A stretch of DNA of 39,194 nt from a virus. Under the pieces are notes generated by a model that was not told where the DNA came from, searched no databases, and saw nothing but the letters and a program-made list of their open reading frames with translations. The stretch's first letter is position 1. Each line of letters starts with the position of its first letter. Below, in pieces: positions 34,704-39,194 of this stretch. The stretch lies in UHGV virus genome UHGV-0142770; one strand, written 5' to 3'. The position numbers and the translations under genes were made by a program.

Positions 34704-35521
34704 ATCCGGGAATTTATTTCGATATCAGCAACGAGGACTACCACGCCGGTGACGGCGTGAGTAAGTCGCAGCTAGATATGGTGGCTAAGAACCCTGCCCT
34801 TCTGAAATGGGTGAAGGCTGCTCCGGAAGACGAAGAGAAGAAGTCTGCACTGGACATGGGTACTGCTCTGCACTGTCTGCTTCTGGAACCTGGAGAGTTT
34901 GACAAACGCTTCATCGTTTCACCGAAATTCGATCGTCGGACAAAACAAGGTAAAGCTGACGAAGAGGCATTTATTCGTGATGTAGCGGATATGGGGATTT
35001 CGGTACTTGATGCAGAGCAGTGGCGAAAACTGGAGCTGATGCGTGATAGCGCAATGGCTCACCCGGCGGCACGCTGGATGTTGGAAGCACCTGGTTACTG
35101 CGAAGCATCAATGTACTGGAACGATGAAGATACGGGTGAGTTGTGCCGAATTCGTCCAGACAAATGGCTGAACGAGCACAACGTGATCGTCGACGTGAAA
35201 AAGGTTGCAGATATGGACCGTTTTGCACGCCACATCGAGGAGTTCCGCTACCACGTGCAGGACGCAATGTACCGCGAAGGCGCAATGAGGGTTACTGGTC
35301 AGCCACATGGTTTTTTCTTTCTTGCCGTGAGCGAAAGCATTGATTGTGGTCGGTATCCGGTACGCGTGTTCGAGCTGGATGCGCCGGATGTCGATGCCGG
35401 GCACGCTCTGTTCCGCCGGGATCTGAATACCTATCACGAATGCCGCATCAACGATGAGTGGGGCGGAGTGGAAATTATTAAACGCCCTGACTGGGCACGT
35501 AAACAGGATATGTACGTATGA
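34700..35521 (+). CDS. PD-(D/E)XK exonuclease (RecE/DUF3799-like recombination exonuclease)
   Basis: 273 aa; N-terminal GIYFDISNEDYHAGDGVSKSQL is the recalled DUF3799/YqaJ-like signature; D...(D/E)xK candidates (RIRPDKW, VDVKKV); coupled to the annealing-protein gene. Confidence 0.65.
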   Translation: MNPGIYFDISNEDYHAGDGVSKSQLDMVAKNPALLKWVKAAPEDEEKKSALDMGTALHCLLLEPGEFDKRFIVSPKFDRRTKQGKADEEAFIRDVADMGISVLDAEQWRKLELMRDSAMAHPAARWMLEAPGYCEASMYWNDEDTGELCRIRPDKWLNEHNVIVDVKKVADMDRFARHIEEFRYHVQDAMYREGAMRVTGQPHGFFFLAVSESIDCGRYPVRVFELDAPDVDAGHALFRRDLNTYHECRINDEWGGVEIIKRPDWARKQDMYV

Positions 35522-36399
35522 GCAATGATATCGCAATCACATCACAACCAGGCGCAACTGTAGGTACTGCTGCGGCAATCTTCAGCCCGGAGGGCATGAA
35601 TCAACTGGTGCGTTTCGCGGAGTTGATGTCACAAAGCAAAGCGACTGTACCGAAACATCTTGAAGGCAAACCTGCCGATTGTCTGGCGGTGACCATGCAG
35701 GCGGCACAGTGGGGAATGAATCCTTTCGCCGTGGCGCAGAAAACGCATGTGGTAAACGGAACGTTAGGCTACGAAGCACAGTTGGTAAACGCGGTCGTAT
35801 CCTCTTCCAGCCTGCTAGCGACACGCCTGAATTATCGCTGGAGCGGTGACTGGTCGAATGTTAACGGCAAAACAGATAAATCACCGAATCTGACGGTAAC
35901 TGTGTCAGCAGTTCTTAAAGGAGAAGCAGAACCCCGTGAGCTTACCATCAGTATGGCGCAAGCCGGAGTGCGTAACTCTCCATTGTGGGAACAGGATCCG
36001 CGCCAGCAGCTTGCCTATCTTTGCACGAAACGATGGGCTCGCCTGCACGCTCCTGATGTACTTCTCGGTGTTTACACCCCTGACGAATTACAGGAAACGG
36101 CACCGCGCGTTGAGCGAGACATTACTCCGCAAACGACCACTGCTGCGGGAATGAACAGTCTGATCAACGCTAAACCAGCGAAAAAGCCTGATGAGCAAAC
36201 GCGTAAAGCGGATAGCCGTGATCCAGAAGAAATGCTGATGGCCTTTACCAGCGCAGCGATGAATTACAGCACTGTCTCCGAACTGGATAAGGCTTACAAA
36301 TACATTGCACAAAAACTTTCAGATGATGACGAACTGCTGGCAAAAGCCACCGACGTTTACAGCGTTCGTCGGGAAGAATTAAACGAAACATCTATGTAA
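35518..36399 (+). CDS. Single-strand annealing protein, RecT/Red-beta (Bet) family
   Basis: 293 aa; AAQWGMNPFA..., SPLWEQDP..., ARLHAPDVLLGVYTPDE and ERDITPQ parallel lambda Bet (ANQYGLNPWT, GPWQSHP, ARLAFGFAGIYDKDE, ERDITPV). Confidence 0.7.
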   Translation: MSNDIAITSQPGATVGTAAAIFSPEGMNQLVRFAELMSQSKATVPKHLEGKPADCLAVTMQAAQWGMNPFAVAQKTHVVNGTLGYEAQLVNAVVSSSSLLATRLNYRWSGDWSNVNGKTDKSPNLTVTVSAVLKGEAEPRELTISMAQAGVRNSPLWEQDPRQQLAYLCTKRWARLHAPDVLLGVYTPDELQETAPRVERDITPQTTTAAGMNSLINAKPAKKPDEQTRKADSRDPEEMLMAFTSAAMNYSTVSELDKAYKYIAQKLSDDDELLAKATDVYSVRREELNETSM

Positions 36400-36448
36400 C
36401 CACCACCGCGGCGCCACGCGCGCCGCACTGCAACCAAGAGAGGTATTT

Positions 36449-36697
36449 ATGAAAGGTGCATTAGGTAAGAAGGAACTCCTGGCGGTGGTGCCACTGTCAT
36501 GGAGCACTATCGACCGTATGGAGCGCGCAGGGGAATTTCCTAAACGCTGGTATATCACCGATAAACGCTGCGCATGGAACCGTGATGAAGTTGAGCGTTG
36601 GCTTGATGAACGTCAGGCAGCAAGCCCGGCAGAGTTCCAGGGTAAAAAACCTCCTGTTCAGCAACGTGTATATCGTCCCGTGAGCAACGCGGCATGA
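36449..36697 (+). CDS. AlpA-family DNA-binding protein (putative excisionase/regulator)
   Basis: 82 aa; LLAVVPLSWSTIDRMERAGEFPK...W.RDEVERWL follows the AlpA/Xis-like HTH pattern; located before the integrase. Confidence 0.6.
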   Translation: MKGALGKKELLAVVPLSWSTIDRMERAGEFPKRWYITDKRCAWNRDEVERWLDERQAASPAEFQGKKPPVQQRVYRPVSNAA

Positions 36698-36806
36698 GTG
36701 TGCTGCTAAGGCACTGGAGCAAATGGTCAGGATGGTACTTATTCCTGGCCTCTGTTTCTGCATGGCTTTATCTGCTGGCATTAATTTTCAGAGAGGGTTG
36801 GATTAA

Positions 36807-37106
36807 GTGAGAAAGTTAAGCCGACTTGAAAAATATCACATGAACAAGGTTTCAATGCGCAGCCCTTCAAAGGTTGTTGCCGTTACTCCTGCGGCGATAG
36901 AGATCGAAAAACGCGCGATTGAAAGAGAGAAAAAAGGGCAGTTCCGCATTGCCGCCCACCTTTGGCTTCAGTGTATGGATGTTGCTTCTGGTGATGTTGA
37001 GCGTGCAAGGATCGCGGTTCGCAGGGACCAATGTATCACAAAAGGTAACGGCCTTCGCCGTGGCGACTATAGCGGTATAGGATGTTGCGGGGTGGTTTAT
37101 GACTAA
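36807..37106 (+). CDS. Small regulator-like protein (possibly PerC-like; uncertain)
   Basis: 99 aa; the segment FRIAAHLWLQCMDVASGDVERARIAVRRDQC loosely recalls PerC-family activators. Start uncertain (GTG 36807 or ATG 36840). Confidence 0.35.
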   Translation: MRKLSRLEKYHMNKVSMRSPSKVVAVTPAAIEIEKRAIEREKKGQFRIAAHLWLQCMDVASGDVERARIAVRRDQCITKGNGLRRGDYSGIGCCGVVYD

Positions 37107-37749
37107 GAAATACACACTAATCTATGCAGATCCACCCTGGGTATACCGGGACAAAGCCGCAGATGGTAATCGCGGTGCCGGTTTTAAATATCCGGTTATG
37201 AGTGTGATGGATATCTGCCGCCTTCCTGTGTGGGATTTGGCCGATGAAAACTGTCTGTTGGCCATGTGGTGGGTGCCAACACAACCACTCGAAGCACTAA
37301 AAGTTGTTGAAGCCTGGGGATTCCGTCTGATGACCATGAAGGGATTCACGTGGATAAAATGTGGTAGTCGACAACCAGATAAACTGGTTATGGGTATGGG
37401 TCACATGACTCGCGCCAATAGTGAAGATTGCCTGTTTGCAGTAAAGGGAAAACTACCTCCGCGCATTAATGCAGGGATCGTTCAGTCATTTACCGCACCG
37501 CGGCTTGAGCATTCAAGAAAACCAGATGTCGTTCGTGAAAAACTTGTGCAATTGTTAGGCGATGTTTCTCGCATTGAACTGTTCGCCCGCCAGTCGTCTC
37601 ATGGCTTCGATGTTTGGGGTAATCAGTGCGAAGACCCGGCAGTGCAACTACACCCTGGATACGCGTTGGATATTGCCAGATTAACAAATGCATTCAGCAA
37701 TGCTCCGCTGTCACCAACAGACAACCAGGGGCGGGAGCGTGCAGCATGA
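37099..37749 (+). CDS. MT-A70 family DNA N6-adenine methyltransferase
   Basis: 216 aa; catalytic DPPW motif in LIYADPPWVY, N-terminal placement typical of phage MT-A70 methylases. Confidence 0.8.
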   Translation: MTKKYTLIYADPPWVYRDKAADGNRGAGFKYPVMSVMDICRLPVWDLADENCLLAMWWVPTQPLEALKVVEAWGFRLMTMKGFTWIKCGSRQPDKLVMGMGHMTRANSEDCLFAVKGKLPPRINAGIVQSFTAPRLEHSRKPDVVREKLVQLLGDVSRIELFARQSSHGFDVWGNQCEDPAVQLHPGYALDIARLTNAFSNAPLSPTDNQGRERAA

Positions 37750-37940
37750 ACCGGGCATCACCAGCAGATTTAAGGAAATGCCTTGAAACTGCAAACATGC
37801 TTGCACACAGCGGGATCAGGTTTGTTCCAATTCCCGCTGTCACCGATGCTGAATTTGCAACGCTGTCAGCAATATTCGCAGACAAAATTGAATCACTGGC
37901 AGCAGAAGCCGAGATGGAAGAAAATCAGCAGAATAATTAA
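37746..37940 (+). CDS. Small hypothetical protein
   Basis: 64 aa from ATG 37746 (ATGA overlap with methylase stop); ends 4 nt before the integrase stop on the other strand. Confidence 0.4.
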   Translation: MNRASPADLRKCLETANMLAHSGIRFVPIPAVTDAEFATLSAIFADKIESLAAEAEMEENQQNN

Positions 37941-37943
37941 ACG

Positions 37944-39194
37944 TTATTCCCCCGCCATCCACTTCTCAAACTTCGACGGGGAGAACGGAATCAGATCCGT
38001 ATGCTCCCCGTCAATCCAAGAATCAATCATATCGGCCCACTGCTGCAACATGTAGGCGCGCTGTCTGGCGTATTCCGCTTTGTTATATACGGCGCGCACA
38101 CCTTTCTGCTCATGTGCCAGAGCCTTTTCAATCCAGTCTGAAGGATAACCAGCCTCATGCAACAACGTACTGGCTGTACGGCGCATATCGTGTACGGTGA
38201 AGTCCTGAATATGCTCACCATCTTCATTTATTATTTTCACCGTTCTGTCGATCAGAGAGTTCAGTGCGGCATTAGATAATGGCTTCCGGAAATTGTAACG
38301 ACCAGGAACCAGGTATTCACTTCCACCAGCGCACATCTGCAACCCGACCAATATATCCTGTGCCTGTTTAGGCAGGTAAATAACGTGCGCCCGGCTTCCT
38401 TTCATGCGGTCTGAAGGAATTGTCCATGTCCATTTTTTAAAATCTATTTCATCCCACGTTGCATTGGTGAATTCGCCCTTACGAACCATAGTGATAAGCA
38501 CCAGTTTTAAAGCCATTTTCATAGTGCCCATAGCACCAATGGCATCCAGCGTGCGGAAGAACAGGCCAATTTCTTCTGGTGTCAGTGTTCGCTCTCGTGG
38601 TTTAAATATGGCGATAGACGAAGGTTTAATGTCAGCCGCAGGATTAAACAAACCATGACCACGGTCATTGGCGTGACGGTATACGCTACTGATGATCTCC
38701 CTGGCCTGCACTGCTGTTGCCCGGCCACCGCGTTCGACAATCCGGTCACACAAATCACGAACCATCGATGTGGTAATTTCAGCCATCATTTTATTGCCAA
38801 GAACCGGAAGTATGTCACGGTCGATCACCGCCTGTTTCATTGCGCGGGTACTGTCAGCCAGGATGACGTGTTTCATATAACTGTCGGTATGTACCGCAAA
38901 CGTCTCGGCACCACGAATCTTTTTGATACCGTCACGTTTAGCCGCAGCCGGTGACTGGCCTGCTTTAAGCAGCTTCTTTGCAGCAATCAGTTCTTCTCGC
39001 GCTTCTGCCAGGCTGATACCGTCACGCCCATACTGCCCGATTACCAGTGTTTCGCGGCGACCGTTGATACGGTAGTCATAGCGAAACGAGACCGTACCTG
39101 ACGTAAGCACAGCTACATACAGCCCGTCACGATCGGAGACTTTGTATAGTTTGTCCTGCGGCTTGAGGTTTTTTAATTTTGTATCGGTAAGCAC
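37944..39194 (-). CDS. int: Tyrosine integrase (phage/P4-type), N-terminus at or just beyond the right window edge
   Basis: 416 aa in window; N-terminal (M)LTDTKLKNLKPQDKLYKVSDRDGLYVAV... is the standard integrase arm-binding start; first codon in window is GTG at the last three bases, so the true start may lie outside. Confidence 0.85.
   Translation of the reverse strand: MLTDTKLKNLKPQDKLYKVSDRDGLYVAVLTSGTVSFRYDYRINGRRETLVIGQYGRDGISLAEAREELIAAKKLLKAGQSPAAAKRDGIKKIRGAETFAVHTDSYMKHVILADSTRAMKQAVIDRDILPVLGNKMMAEITTSMVRDLCDRIVERGGRATAVQAREIISSVYRHANDRGHGLFNPAADIKPSSIAIFKPRERTLTPEEIGLFFRTLDAIGAMGTMKMALKLVLITMVRKGEFTNATWDEIDFKKWTWTIPSDRMKGSRAHVIYLPKQAQDILVGLQMCAGGSEYLVPGRYNFRKPLSNAALNSLIDRTVKIINEDGEHIQDFTVHDMRRTASTLLHEAGYPSDWIEKALAHEQKGVRAVYNKAEYARQRAYMLQQWADMIDSWIDGEHTDLIPFSPSKFEKWMAGE

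Noticed and set aside
36400-36420. GC-rich hairpin GCGGCGC-CACGC-GCGCCGC downstream of the Bet-like gene as a terminator
   Set aside because: No U-tract follows on either strand, so it is not a typical intrinsic terminator; may be a stability or processing element.

Overview
The window is almost entirely one mosaic temperate prophage (about 39 kb, enterobacterial-type sequence), read from sequence alone with no database searches. The minus-strand late region carries a lysis cassette (two holin-like proteins, GH19 endolysin, Rz with embedded Rz1), a T7-like virion module (portal, scaffold, capsid, tail tubular A/B-like, internal ejection proteins, gp17-like tail fibre) and TerS/TerL. The early backbone is lambdoid: Cro-like and a non-cleavable CI-like repressor, O/P-like replication genes with iterons inside the O-like gene, an exonuclease plus Bet-type annealing protein, AlpA-like regulator, MT-A70 methyltransferase, and a tyrosine integrase at the right edge. 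A phage tRNA-Arg(UCU) and several AT-rich moron genes are inserted. Main hunt results: a consensus LexA box in front of an antirepressor operon, a TTACC-N5-GGTAA palindrome at 8 perfect and 4 imperfect sites (candidate operator), origin iterons, a terminator-containing control region upstream of terS, and candidate exclusion/defence morons. Coordinates of non-coding features were anchored to the ORF track but may be off by 1-2 nt; all family assignments are from remembered motifs.
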